A DNA stretch of 64,000 nt from Gammaproteobacteria bacterium (GTDB taxonomy: Bacteria; Pseudomonadota; Gammaproteobacteria; Eutrophobiales; Eutrophobiaceae): positions 2,496,001 through 2,560,000 of the forward strand of contig CBDCDS010000003.1 of assembly GCA_965215365.1 (NCBI GenBank). Reading direction: 5' to 3'. Position 1 is the first letter of the stretch. Every line of letters begins with the position of its first letter. This document shows, one piece after another, positions 1 to 8,900 of the stretch. The position numbers and the translations under genes were made by a program. Under the pieces are notes generated by a model. The model saw only the letters and a program-made list of their open reading frames with translations, did not search any database and was not told where the DNA came from.

Positions 1-24
1 CTGGACCCCATCACCCGCAGCACC

Positions 25-1143
25 GTGGGCTTAGGCACCGGTGTATTCGTTGAGCAGGCCAGGACTGACCTGGAAACGGAGACGGAAACCACCAGTTTCT
101 ACTTCATGAATGCCCTGAGTCTGACGCAGCAGCTGACCCTGATCGTGTCCGGGCGTTTGAACAACACCTTGCTCGACTTGCAGGATCTGTCCGGAGAGCG
201 TTCCGAACTGAACGGCGAACATGACTTCTTCCGCTTCAACCCGGCCGTGGGCCTGACCTTTGCGCCGGTTGACAGCCTGAACCTGTACGGTAGTTACAGC
301 GAATCAAACCGGGCACCGACACCTGTTGAGCTGACCTGCAACGACAGTGTGTTCGAACGCGCACGGTTATTCGCCGACAACCCGGACGAGGTGGAGTTCG
401 AATGCCGCCTGCCCAACGCGTTTCTGGCCGACCCGCCCCTGAACGATGTGGTGAGCAAGAGCTTTGAAATCGGCGTGCGCGGCGATGCTGGTATTGCCGA
501 TTACCACTTGGGCTTTTTCCACACCACCAACCACGACGACATCTTATTCCAGACTACCGGCAGGGCCACCGGCCTGTTCGCCAACGTGAACAAGACCCGT
601 CACCTGGGTTTTGAAGGGCAGTTGAACGGTGCCACCGACAACCTCAACTGGTTCATCGCCTACAGCTATCTGGAGGCGACCTTCGAGGATGATTTTATTG
701 CAGTGGAGAACGAGAGCCATCCGCTGGGGGATGATATCGAGGTTGAAGCCGGCGACCGCATTCCGGGGTTGCCCAAACATACCCTGAAACTAGGCGCCGA
801 TTATCTTTTATTTGAACGCCTCAATATCGGCTTCGATGTGGCCTGCACCTCCAACAAGGAACTGCGCGGCAATGAAGGCAACGACCGGGACCCGGATGGC
901 TACCTGAACCCGGTATCTGGTTATACCGTAGTGAACCTGCGCGCCAGCTACGACGTGACCGACAACATCCGCATCTTCGGTCGCGTCACCAACCTGTTTG
1001 ACGAAAACTACGAGAGCTTCGGCCTGCTAGGTGAGGAACCCGACGAGGTGGATGTAGAAGAGTTTGAGGACTACGAAAGCCCGCGCTTCGTCGGCCCCGG
1101 CGCGCCGCGGGCAGGGTTTGTCGGCATCAGGCTGAGTATGTAG
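25..1143 (+). CDS. TonB-dependent receptor, C-terminal part (gene probably starts left of window)
   Basis: Beta-barrel patterning; motifs FNPAVGLTF, SESNRAPTPVEL, NLRASY, GRVTNLFDENY and terminal GAPRAGFVGIRLSM. Confidence 0.88.
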   Translation: MGLGTGVFVEQARTDLETETETTSFYFMNALSLTQQLTLIVSGRLNNTLLDLQDLSGERSELNGEHDFFRFNPAVGLTFAPVDSLNLYGSYSESNRAPTPVELTCNDSVFERARLFADNPDEVEFECRLPNAFLADPPLNDVVSKSFEIGVRGDAGIADYHLGFFHTTNHDDILFQTTGRATGLFANVNKTRHLGFEGQLNGATDNLNWFIAYSYLEATFEDDFIAVENESHPLGDDIEVEAGDRIPGLPKHTLKLGADYLLFERLNIGFDVACTSNKELRGNEGNDRDPDGYLNPVSGYTVVNLRASYDVTDNIRIFGRVTNLFDENYESFGLLGEEPDEVDVEEFEDYESPRFVGPGAPRAGFVGIRLSM

Positions 1144-1196
1144 TGTAGTCAAAACCCCTTCCATGTTAGACTTGCTCTTTTAAGCAAGGGAACATA

Positions 1197-1742
1197 GTGG
1201 TGGAACAGGCCTACGCAAACATCATCAAAGCAATCGACGACCCGCAGCGGGAAGGATTGATTAAAACCCCGGCGCGTGCCGCCGAAGCCATGCGCTTTTT
1301 GACTCGCGGGTACGAGCAAAAGCTCGAAGATATCATTAACCAGGCGCGTTTTGCTGCGGAAAGCCGGGAGATGGTACTGGTGCAGGACATCGAGCTCTAT
1401 TCCTTGTGCGAGCACCATATACTGCCGTTTATCGGCAAATGCCATGTGGCCTATATCCCCAACCGGTTCGTGATCGGCCTGTCCAAAGTGGCCCGCATCG
1501 TCGATATGTACGCGCGCCGCTTGCAGAAACAGGAAAGCCTGACCATGGACATTGCGCGCGCCATGAAAACGGCGACCGAGGTGGAAGATGTGGCCGTCAT
1601 CATCGAATCCAAACACTTGTGCATGATGATGCGCGGCGTACAGAAGCAGAATTCGGTGATGAAAACCTCGGCCATGCTCGGTGCCTTCAGGTCCAACGCC
1701 AGCACCCGCGCCGAACTGTTCTCCCTGCTCAACTCCACCTGA
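1197..1742 (+). CDS. folE: GTP cyclohydrolase I
   Basis: [36 protein letters not shown] signature motifs. Confidence 0.95.
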   Translation: MVEQAYANIIKAIDDPQREGLIKTPARAAEAMRFLTRGYEQKLEDIINQARFAAESREMVLVQDIELYSLCEHHILPFIGKCHVAYIPNRFVIGLSKVARIVDMYARRLQKQESLTMDIARAMKTATEVEDVAVIIESKHLCMMMRGVQKQNSVMKTSAMLGAFRSNASTRAELFSLLNST

Positions 1743-1826
1743 AACGCCAGAGCGGTGGTTGGGTTTGAAAATAAGGCAACCTCTAATTTTCAGAGGTGGC
1801 CTGAAGTAAAGATGGTTTGCTCCGCG

Positions 1827-2006
1827 TTACCCGCGCGGCTGCGCCTCGCCGAGAACGGAGGTTCGAAACAGGTCTTTCAGCACGTCAACAGAACCTTCCA
1901 AACGAGCAAGACGCTCGCTCAGCTTGGCTATGTCTTTGTGAATGGACCAGAAAAAAGCCGCTAACGTAAGCCAAGCAATGACAGTGATAACAGTATCGTA
2001 TTCCAT
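1827..2006 (-). CDS. Small 59-aa membrane-anchored coiled-coil protein (not in ORF track)
   Basis: Translated by hand: MEYDTVITVIAWLTLAAFFWSIHKDIAKLSERLARLEGSVDVLKDLFRTSVLGEAQPRG*; GGGAG RBS just upstream; N-terminal TM helix followed by heptads. Confidence 0.65.
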   Translation of the reverse strand: MEYDTVITVIAWLTLAAFFWSIHKDIAKLSERLARLEGSVDVLKDLFRTSVLGEAQPRG

Positions 2007-2200
2007 GGGGCTACTCCCGAAAAAAGTGGTTGAGTTTTTTCTCCCTTAAGTCCATGAGGGCAGTGTACTTGCTCACTACCTGACTTGTCAACCACTTTTT
2101 CATCACCCCTTTTTTCATCGCTGTTGCCAGACTGCCCCCCCCTTTTTCAAACACCAGCCGGCGCGATCTTCGCATCACCTGATGTAAAAGTATCCGGCGG

Positions 2201-3163
2201 TCACGCCTGGGCGCTGCTTGCCGAGTCTGCATAAAGTTCACGCGGCAGTGAGAACACTACGCTTTCCTGTATGCCCGGCGCTTCCGTCACATTGTCAATG
2301 CCCCAGTGCTTCAACTTTTCAACAACCTCTTCCACCAGGACTTCCGGTGCCGAGGCACCGGCGGTGACACCGATGTTGCGCTTGCCGTCCAGCCATTCAC
2401 GCCGAATTTCCGTCACGTTATCGATCAGGTAGGCCGGCACGCCTTTCTTCTGGGAGATTTCCATCAGGCGAGTGGAATTGGAACTGTTCTGCGACCCCAC
2501 CACCAGGATCAGGTCGCACTCGCCGGTTAGTTTCTTCACCGCGTCCTGGCGATTCTGCGTGGCATAGCAGATGTCCTCCTTTTTCGGGCCGACTATTTTC
2601 GGAAAGCGCCGGCGCAGGGCATCGATCACCTCTGAGGTATCATCCACGGACAAAGTGGTCTGGGTGACGAACGCAAGAAACTCCGGGTTTTTTACTTCCA
2701 TCGTTTCAACATCTTCCACCGATTCCACCAGATACATGGCGCCGTTGCCGTCTGCGGGCCGATACTGCCCTAAGGTGCCTTCCACTTCGGGATGGCCGGC
2801 ATGACCGATGAGCACACACTCCCGGCCCTCGTCCTGGTAGCGCCCCACCTCCATGTGCACCTTGGTCACCAACGGACAGATCGCATCGAACACCCGCAAC
2901 TGCCGATGGGCGGCATCGTCTCTTACCGCTTTGGAAACTCCGTGCGCGCTGAAGATGACCACCGAGTTATCCGGCACTTCATCCAGCTCATTGACAAACA
3001 CCGCGCCCTTGTCGCGCAGAGTGTCAACCACGTATTTGTTATGCACCACCTCATGGCGCACGTAAACGGGTGTGCCGAACAGATCCAACGCGCGTTCAAC
3101 AATCTCGATAGCGCGGTCTACGCCGGCACAAAAACCACGGGGGTTGGCAAGGGTAATCTGCAT
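2201..3163 (-). CDS. ispH: 4-hydroxy-3-methylbut-2-enyl diphosphate reductase
   Basis: [44 protein letters not shown]. Confidence 0.97.
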   Translation of the reverse strand: MQITLANPRGFCAGVDRAIEIVERALDLFGTPVYVRHEVVHNKYVVDTLRDKGAVFVNELDEVPDNSVVIFSAHGVSKAVRDDAAHRQLRVFDAICPLVTKVHMEVGRYQDEGRECVLIGHAGHPEVEGTLGQYRPADGNGAMYLVESVEDVETMEVKNPEFLAFVTQTTLSVDDTSEVIDALRRRFPKIVGPKKEDICYATQNRQDAVKKLTGECDLILVVGSQNSSNSTRLMEISQKKGVPAYLIDNVTEIRREWLDGKRNIGVTAGASAPEVLVEEVVEKLKHWGIDNVTEAPGIQESVVFSLPRELYADSASSAQA

Positions 3164-3282
3164 CTGGCACCTGTAGGTCAATGGGATTGACGTGAATTAT
3201 ACACCTGATAGTTACTGTAAGCAAGCGCGCTTACGCACTCACTTTATGGTACACTGCGGGGCATCGTAACACTGCATGATTA

Positions 3283-3924
3283 ATGACCATGAGCAACACT
3301 ACTGCCAACGCCGCCAACCCGGTAACCATCACCGTGTTCCGCTGGGCCGGCGCCTGGGGTCCCTTCAAAGTCAGGATACCCTGCGGGGAGTGCGCCCTGA
3401 CCAAGGATATCATTCAGGACTGTATAAAGACCGAGCTGGCCGGTATTGATGTGAATCTGGCGCTGCACGACTGGCTGAGCGAATGGTGGAAGCCGCTGCG
3501 CCGGGGTGGCTGGCATGCCCCGATCGTGCTGGTCAACGACAAGCTTGTCTCCCAGGGCGTCGCCCTGAACCGCGGGGCGCTGACCCAGGCCGTGATTGAG
3601 GAGGCCACCGGCGCCACGCCGATCCAGGGCAACCATCTGTTCGGCAAGGCTGCCTGCCCGCATTGCGTGCGCGCCAAGACCTATCTGGAACAGGCCGGCG
3701 CCGACTATCACTATCACGATGTAGTCAAGGAGCCGCGTGCGCTGTACGAGATGCTGGGTCGGGTGAAACCCATTATCGGCCCGAAAACCCCGGTCACGGT
3801 GCCGCAGATCTGGCTGCATGGCAGCTATGTAGGCGGCGCCGACGAACTGCAACGCCTGCTTGACCTGTCCGCAGTCGAACCCAACCCGGATCGGGGGCAG
3901 TGTTCGCTATCCCCGCCTCGTTAA
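3283..3924 (+). CDS. Two-domain thioredoxin-fold/glutaredoxin protein
   Basis: N-terminal PCGEC...WHAP domain plus C-terminal CPHC...TVPQIW...YVGGAD glutaredoxin motifs. Confidence 0.8.
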   Translation: MTMSNTTANAANPVTITVFRWAGAWGPFKVRIPCGECALTKDIIQDCIKTELAGIDVNLALHDWLSEWWKPLRRGGWHAPIVLVNDKLVSQGVALNRGALTQAVIEEATGATPIQGNHLFGKAACPHCVRAKTYLEQAGADYHYHDVVKEPRALYEMLGRVKPIIGPKTPVTVPQIWLHGSYVGGADELQRLLDLSAVEPNPDRGQCSLSPPR

Positions 3925-3951
3925 AGGCGCCTCTGATTTTTACAGGTTCCT

Positions 3952-5277
3952 TTGAATTCGGGAACGGAGCTCAGCGGCGGCCTTAAACCCGGATTAGCGT
4001 CACAACATCTGGTTGACAAGTGCGGGCTGGCCTGCCTGTGCGGCTATGCCCTGCTGGCGTGGTATTCACGAGGAACCGTGCTGGCGCCGGAATTACCGGG
4101 TTTTTTCCTGTTGCTGGCCTGGGTTTCACTGCCGCTGCTGTTCTTGTTTGCCTGCTGCCACCGGCAACCGGCAGCGCTGCCTGTCGGGCGACTGATCTTC
4201 TGGGCCGCTCTGTTTCGCGCCTGCGGACTGTTTGGCGTGCCGCTGTTTGAGGACGACTGGTTCCGCTACCTGTGGGACGGCTACCGCTTTGCCGAGACCG
4301 GCACACCTTATGGTTGGGCGCCGGCGGCTTCCTTCAGCGACCCCGAGGTGCCGCCGGAATTTCAGCGCATCCTCGATCAGGTCAACTATCCCGATCTGCC
4401 GACCATTTACGGGCCAGTCAGCCAGTATGTGTTTCTGTTGAGTTATTACCTTAAAGCCGCCAGTCTGGCGCCGCTGCAACTGCTCTTCATCGGCTTTGAC
4501 CTGCTCCTCATCCGGCTGTTACTCAGCGCGGCGCCGGCCGGCTACGTGTTGCTGTACGCCTGGTGCCCGCTGGTCGTCAAGGAAATCGCGTTTACCGCCC
4601 ACCCCGATGGCATGGGCGCGTGCTTGTTGATCGCTGCGGTGTTGTTGCGCCGCCGTGACCATTGTCAGGGCGCTGCGCTCTGTCTGGCGCTGGCTGCCGG
4701 CACCAAACCGCTGGCGCTGCTGGCGGCGCCGTGGGTGCTGGCCGGCGCCGGTTGGCGCGCCACCGTGACGTTCGGCGTCACGCTGGCGCTGTTGTACCTG
4801 CCGTTCCTGCTGCAGGGCAGCTCGGATGCGGCGTCGCTGCTGGTATTTGCGCGCAACTGGGAATTCAACTCGGCCCTGTATGGCGCGCTCAGCAGCTGGC
4901 TGCCCGCTGACGATGTGAGATTGTTATTGGGACTGGCGCTGTTGGCGCTGGGCTGGGCCTACTGGCGCTATTACCACCGCAACTCGCCCGGAGCGATACC
5001 CAGAGGTGACTGGATTTATGGTCTGTTTCTGTTTTGTGCGCCGGTCATCAACCCCTGGTACAGCCTGTGGCTGTTGCCGTTTGCGGTCATCTACCCGAGT
5101 TTTTGGGCCTGGACCGCAGCCTGGGCGCTACTGCTTGCCTATATTACCCATCTCAACCTGGGCCAGCTTGAGCTGGACCTGTTTGCCCATCCGGCCTGGG
5201 TGCGCCCGCTTGAATTCGGCTTGATACTGCTGGCCTTGTGTGTGGACGGTTGGCGGGGTTCGAGACGTCGCACTTGA
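3952..5277 (+). CDS. Polytopic membrane glycosyltransferase (GT-C fold, GT87-like)
   Basis: EDDWFRYLWDG, PTIYGP, YAWCPLV..E, HPD, WEFNS, INPWY motifs; many TM helices. Confidence 0.75.
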   Translation: MNSGTELSGGLKPGLASQHLVDKCGLACLCGYALLAWYSRGTVLAPELPGFFLLLAWVSLPLLFLFACCHRQPAALPVGRLIFWAALFRACGLFGVPLFEDDWFRYLWDGYRFAETGTPYGWAPAASFSDPEVPPEFQRILDQVNYPDLPTIYGPVSQYVFLLSYYLKAASLAPLQLLFIGFDLLLIRLLLSAAPAGYVLLYAWCPLVVKEIAFTAHPDGMGACLLIAAVLLRRRDHCQGAALCLALAAGTKPLALLAAPWVLAGAGWRATVTFGVTLALLYLPFLLQGSSDAASLLVFARNWEFNSALYGALSSWLPADDVRLLLGLALLALGWAYWRYYHRNSPGAIPRGDWIYGLFLFCAPVINPWYSLWLLPFAVIYPSFWAWTAAWALLLAYITHLNLGQLELDLFAHPAWVRPLEFGLILLALCVDGWRGSRRRT

Positions 5278-5324
5278 CACCAGTGCGCGGGTTCGCTACG
5301 CTTACCTGGGTTTTACTCATCCCT

Positions 5325-5444
5325 CGTTCGTCATTCCCGCGAAAGCGGGAATCCAGTGGAAAAAATCCCGAAGGGACACTTTATAAGGTGTCGCAAGCGA
5401 CTGTTTGATCGACTGGATTCCTGCATTCGCAGGAATGACGAACG
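5325..5444. repeat. REP-like inverted palindrome pair (CGTCATTCCCGCGAAAGCGGGAATCCAGT ... ACTGGATTCCTGCATTCGCAGGAATGACG)
   Basis: Two inverted hairpin units about 50 bp apart; ATTCCC-N8-GGGAAT core resembles Neisseria dRS3. Confidence 0.8.
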
Positions 5445-5480
5445 GCGAGGCGAATAGTTGTCCGTAACGTTTATTATGAG

Positions 5481-5906
5481 ATGAAGAGAATGATCAAATT
5501 TATCCCCGCAATCAACCAACCACTGCGTGTGTTTACCTGGTCGCTAGTCTGCGCGCTGGCGCTGGCGCCCACTGTGATCGCCTCCGGCTCCATCAGCGCC
5601 GGCAACAGCGGCAGCGTAAGCCAGTTCGGTAACCTCTACAAGCAAGGCAAAATTGCGTTCTTCAAAAAGGTCGCATGCAGCCGTGCGGACTGTCCCGTCA
5701 AGCGTGACCAGCTCAGCGGCAGCCTGGCCGGCAGCCTGGTGGAGAGCCTGCGCACTCGTGCCGAACTAAAACTGGAAACCTCGGAAACTGATGCCATTAT
5801 CAGCGTGCTGTGCCCGGGCGAAAACGCCGGCGATTGCGCCGGGCGCCCGGACGAGCAGGAAATGGTGCAGTACTACCTGACCCGACGTTTTAACATCAAC
5901 AGTTGA
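5481..5906 (+). CDS. Hypothetical exported protein with Cys pairs
   Basis: Signal-peptide-like N-terminus; CSRADC and CPGENAGDC; co-oriented within cluster. Confidence 0.65.
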   Translation: MKRMIKFIPAINQPLRVFTWSLVCALALAPTVIASGSISAGNSGSVSQFGNLYKQGKIAFFKKVACSRADCPVKRDQLSGSLAGSLVESLRTRAELKLETSETDAIISVLCPGENAGDCAGRPDEQEMVQYYLTRRFNINS

Positions 5907-5926
5907 CGCACCCTGAGGAACCCCCA

Positions 5927-6775
5927 ATGCGCTATCTACTCATTTTGTTGTTTTTCACTGCCGGCGCCACCCCGGCCCAGGCTCAGGGCACACCCTGGTT
6001 GCCGATCCCCAAATCCGGTTCTGCCAGTATTTCCTACGTCTATCAGGATGCGGAAAAATTCTACCGCGGCAAGAACAAGGTACAACTGCCGTTCCAGGGT
6101 ATTGAACAGAGCACCGCGCTCATTTCCCTGAACTATGGTCTCACCGATGCGCTGGCCTTCGATGTGCAGGGCGGCCATTCTGACGTGAACCGCGACATCG
6201 GCCCTGGCGACAGCGGCATGATGGACACCACCTTCGGGCTGACCTGGCGCGTGCTCGATGAAGAAATCAGCGAAGCCGGGGCACCCAGCGTTGCCATACG
6301 GGTCGCCGGCATCATCGCCGGCGATTATGAGACCGGATTTCCCCACGCCATTGGCGACGGCGGCGACGGCTTTGAGGCATCGCTGCTGGCCGGTAAAATT
6401 TTCGATAACCGCTTTGCCCTGTCCGGCGAGCTGGGCCGGCGCGAACGCAGCAACAAGATACCGGGTGAGACCTTCCTGAATATCTCTGCCTACTTCATTC
6501 CCGCGCCGCGGCTGATCTTGCAGGCGCAGTACCATAAGACCATGGCGGATGGTGACCTAGATATCGGCGGCCCCGGCTTCAGCCCGGCCCGGTTCCCGGA
6601 AACCGATGAAGATGTGGACCGTATTGCGCTGGGAGGCGCCTTCAGCCTGACCGATCATATCAGCCTGGGCTTTAACTGGTTCAGCGTTCTGGACGGGCGT
6701 AATACCGCCGATTTCGAAGCGTTCATGGGCACCGCATCGGTCAACTTCGACCTTTACAAGCTGGGCGCAAAGTAA
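5927..6775 (+). CDS. Putative outer-membrane beta-barrel protein
   Basis: Signal peptide (AQA), alternating aromatic strands (YGLTD, AIGDG) as in MetA-pathway/phenol-degradation-like barrels. Confidence 0.65.
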   Translation: MRYLLILLFFTAGATPAQAQGTPWLPIPKSGSASISYVYQDAEKFYRGKNKVQLPFQGIEQSTALISLNYGLTDALAFDVQGGHSDVNRDIGPGDSGMMDTTFGLTWRVLDEEISEAGAPSVAIRVAGIIAGDYETGFPHAIGDGGDGFEASLLAGKIFDNRFALSGELGRRERSNKIPGETFLNISAYFIPAPRLILQAQYHKTMADGDLDIGGPGFSPARFPETDEDVDRIALGGAFSLTDHISLGFNWFSVLDGRNTADFEAFMGTASVNFDLYKLGAK

Positions 6776-6825
6776 CCGCCACGACTACGCTGGCGGGAGG
6801 CTGCGAGCAGCGGCTACAAACCTCC

Positions 6826-7572
6826 ATGTACCGGGACCTGCGGGTCGGGGTGGTAATCCCGGCCTTGAACGAGGAACAGTCCATAGCGCTGGTCGTAGCC
6901 GGATTGCGGGCGTTGCGCAATGGTGATCAATCCAAAGTAGTGGATGAACTGGTCGTCTGTGACAACGGTTCCACGGACGCCACCGCTGCGCGCGCCCGGC
7001 ACGCCGGCGCCGCGGTGGTGCATGAACCACAGCGCGGTTACGGCAAGGCCTGTCTGGCGGCCCTGGGCGCGTTGCAGCGCCCGGAGGTGGTGCTCTTCAT
7101 TGACGGCGACCATGCCTTTGACCCGGCCCAGGCGACCACCTTGCTGGACGGCATCGCCGACGGCGCCGATTTGGTCATTGGCTCCCGCTCTCTGGGACAT
7201 ACTGCGCAGCACGCACTGGCGCCCGGCCAGGCCTTGGGCAACCGCATTATCTGCGCCGTGCTGCGGTGCCTGTGGGGACAACGGGTCACCGACCTGGGCC
7301 CCTACCGCGCCATCCGCGCGCAAACGCTGGCACGCCTGAACATGACCGACAGCCGCTTTGGTTGGACCGTGGAGATGCAGATCAAAGCCTTGCAACTGGG
7401 CCTGAAAACGATAGAAATACCCGTAGATACCCAAGTGCGCATTGGTCAATCCAAGATCAGCGGCACCTTGCGCGGCGCCCTCCTGGCCAGTTCTGGTATC
7501 CTGTACATGATCTTCAAACTGCGTTGGCGGCAATTCCGCCGCAAGCCGATAACCGAGACCAGCCAACCATGA
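6826..7572 (+). CDS. Glycosyltransferase family 2 (polyprenol-phosphate glycosyltransferase-like)
   Basis: VVIPALNEE, DNGSTD, GYGKAC, DGD, DLVIGSR, TDLGPYRAIR, GWTVEMQ, GQSKISGT. Confidence 0.9.
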   Translation: MYRDLRVGVVIPALNEEQSIALVVAGLRALRNGDQSKVVDELVVCDNGSTDATAARARHAGAAVVHEPQRGYGKACLAALGALQRPEVVLFIDGDHAFDPAQATTLLDGIADGADLVIGSRSLGHTAQHALAPGQALGNRIICAVLRCLWGQRVTDLGPYRAIRAQTLARLNMTDSRFGWTVEMQIKALQLGLKTIEIPVDTQVRIGQSKISGTLRGALLASSGILYMIFKLRWRQFRRKPITETSQP

Positions 7573-8405
7573 AAAGAACTATGCGAACTACTTTTTCCGC
7601 AGCCACACTGTGCTTTGCCCTGCTGGGCCTGACGCTGACGACCGACGCCGCCCCGCCGGCGCAAGTGATCGAAAAATGGAACGTCAGCAATGCCGCCAAC
7701 ACTGCCGTGATAAACCATGCAGCCTGGCAGGAGTTGCTGGACAGCTACCTGAAAACCGATGAGCCCGGCGGCATTCACCTGTTTGACTACGGCGCGCTGC
7801 AAGCCAACGAGGCCGACCGCAAGAAACTCGCCGCCTACCTGAAGAGTCTGGCCGGGGTGGACCCGCGCGACTATTCCCGCAACGAACAGCTGGCCTACTG
7901 GATCAACCTGTACAACGCGCTGACGATCTTTGTCATCGTGCCGCGCTACCCGGTGGAATCGATCAGGGACATCAAGAGCAGCCTCATCGACTTTGGCCCC
8001 TGGAACCTGGAACTGTTTCCCCTGCAAGGCGACAAACTCACCTTGAATCAGATCGAGCACGGCATTTTACGGCCAATCTGGCAAGACCCCAGAATCCACT
8101 ACGCGGTCAACTGCGCCAGCCTGGGCTGCCCGAATCTGGCGGCGCAGGCGTATCGTGCAGACAATCTGGAGCAGCTCTTGGAACAGGGCGCCAGCGACTA
8201 CATCAACCACCCGCGCGGCGCCCGGGTCGATAACGGGAAACTGATCATTTCCAGCATTTACGATTGGTTTGAAGAGGACTTCGGCGGCAATGCTGCCGGG
8301 GTGATTGCACACCTGCAACAGTACGCCCGCCCGGAACTGGCTGGTGAGCTGGAAAATTTTGACAAATTCGACGATTATTACGACTGGAAACTGAACGATT
8401 TGTAA
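7569..8405 (+). CDS. DUF547 domain exported protein
   Basis: AYWINLYNALT, IEHGILR, DPRIHYAVNCASLGCP, SSIYDWF, YDWKLN. Confidence 0.9.
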   Translation: MKRTMRTTFSAATLCFALLGLTLTTDAAPPAQVIEKWNVSNAANTAVINHAAWQELLDSYLKTDEPGGIHLFDYGALQANEADRKKLAAYLKSLAGVDPRDYSRNEQLAYWINLYNALTIFVIVPRYPVESIRDIKSSLIDFGPWNLELFPLQGDKLTLNQIEHGILRPIWQDPRIHYAVNCASLGCPNLAAQAYRADNLEQLLEQGASDYINHPRGARVDNGKLIISSIYDWFEEDFGGNAAGVIAHLQQYARPELAGELENFDKFDDYYDWKLNDL

Positions 8406-8431
8406 CCGGCGGGGCGATCTGGTGCGGGCAT

Positions 8432-8899
8432 TCAGGGCTTTCTGAAGGTATCCAGAATGAGCAGCGCGGCGCCGAGGGTGATGGCGGAATCGGCAATGTT
8501 GAATACCGGCCAGGACCACTGGTTGTAATACACCTCGATAAAGTCCACCACATAGCCGTAGTGCAACCGGTCCCACAGGTTGCCGACAGCGCCGCCGAGG
8601 ATCAAGGCCAGGGCGCCGGCCAGCATTGATTTTCCGGCCGGCAGGCGGGTGAGCCAGATTAGCAGCACCAGACTGATGACCAGCGTCAGCGCGATGAAGA
8701 AATAACGCTGCCAACCCCCGGCCTCGCTGAGAAAACTGAACGCGGCGCCGGTGTTATGCACCAGGGTGAGGTTGAAGCCGGGCAACACCGGTAACGCCTG
8801 ATACAACGTCAGCCACTGTACCGCCATGGCTTTGCTCACCTGGTCAAGAATGATGACCAGCAACGTAAGCCAGAGCCAGCGCAAAGCTGTAGTTTTCAT
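8432..8899 (-). CDS. lspA: Lipoprotein signal peptidase
   Basis: DQVSK, NTGAAFS, GNLWDR, VVDFI, FNIADS; follows ileS. Confidence 0.96.
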   Translation of the reverse strand: MKTTALRWLWLTLLVIILDQVSKAMAVQWLTLYQALPVLPGFNLTLVHNTGAAFSFLSEAGGWQRYFFIALTLVISLVLLIWLTRLPAGKSMLAGALALILGGAVGNLWDRLHYGYVVDFIEVYYNQWSWPVFNIADSAITLGAALLILDTFRKP

Positions 8900-8900
8900 T

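Noticed and set aside
2011-2241. 76-aa minus-strand ORF downstream of ispH
   Set aside because: Runs through MITE remnant and homopolymer sequence; no convincing RBS or protein-like composition.
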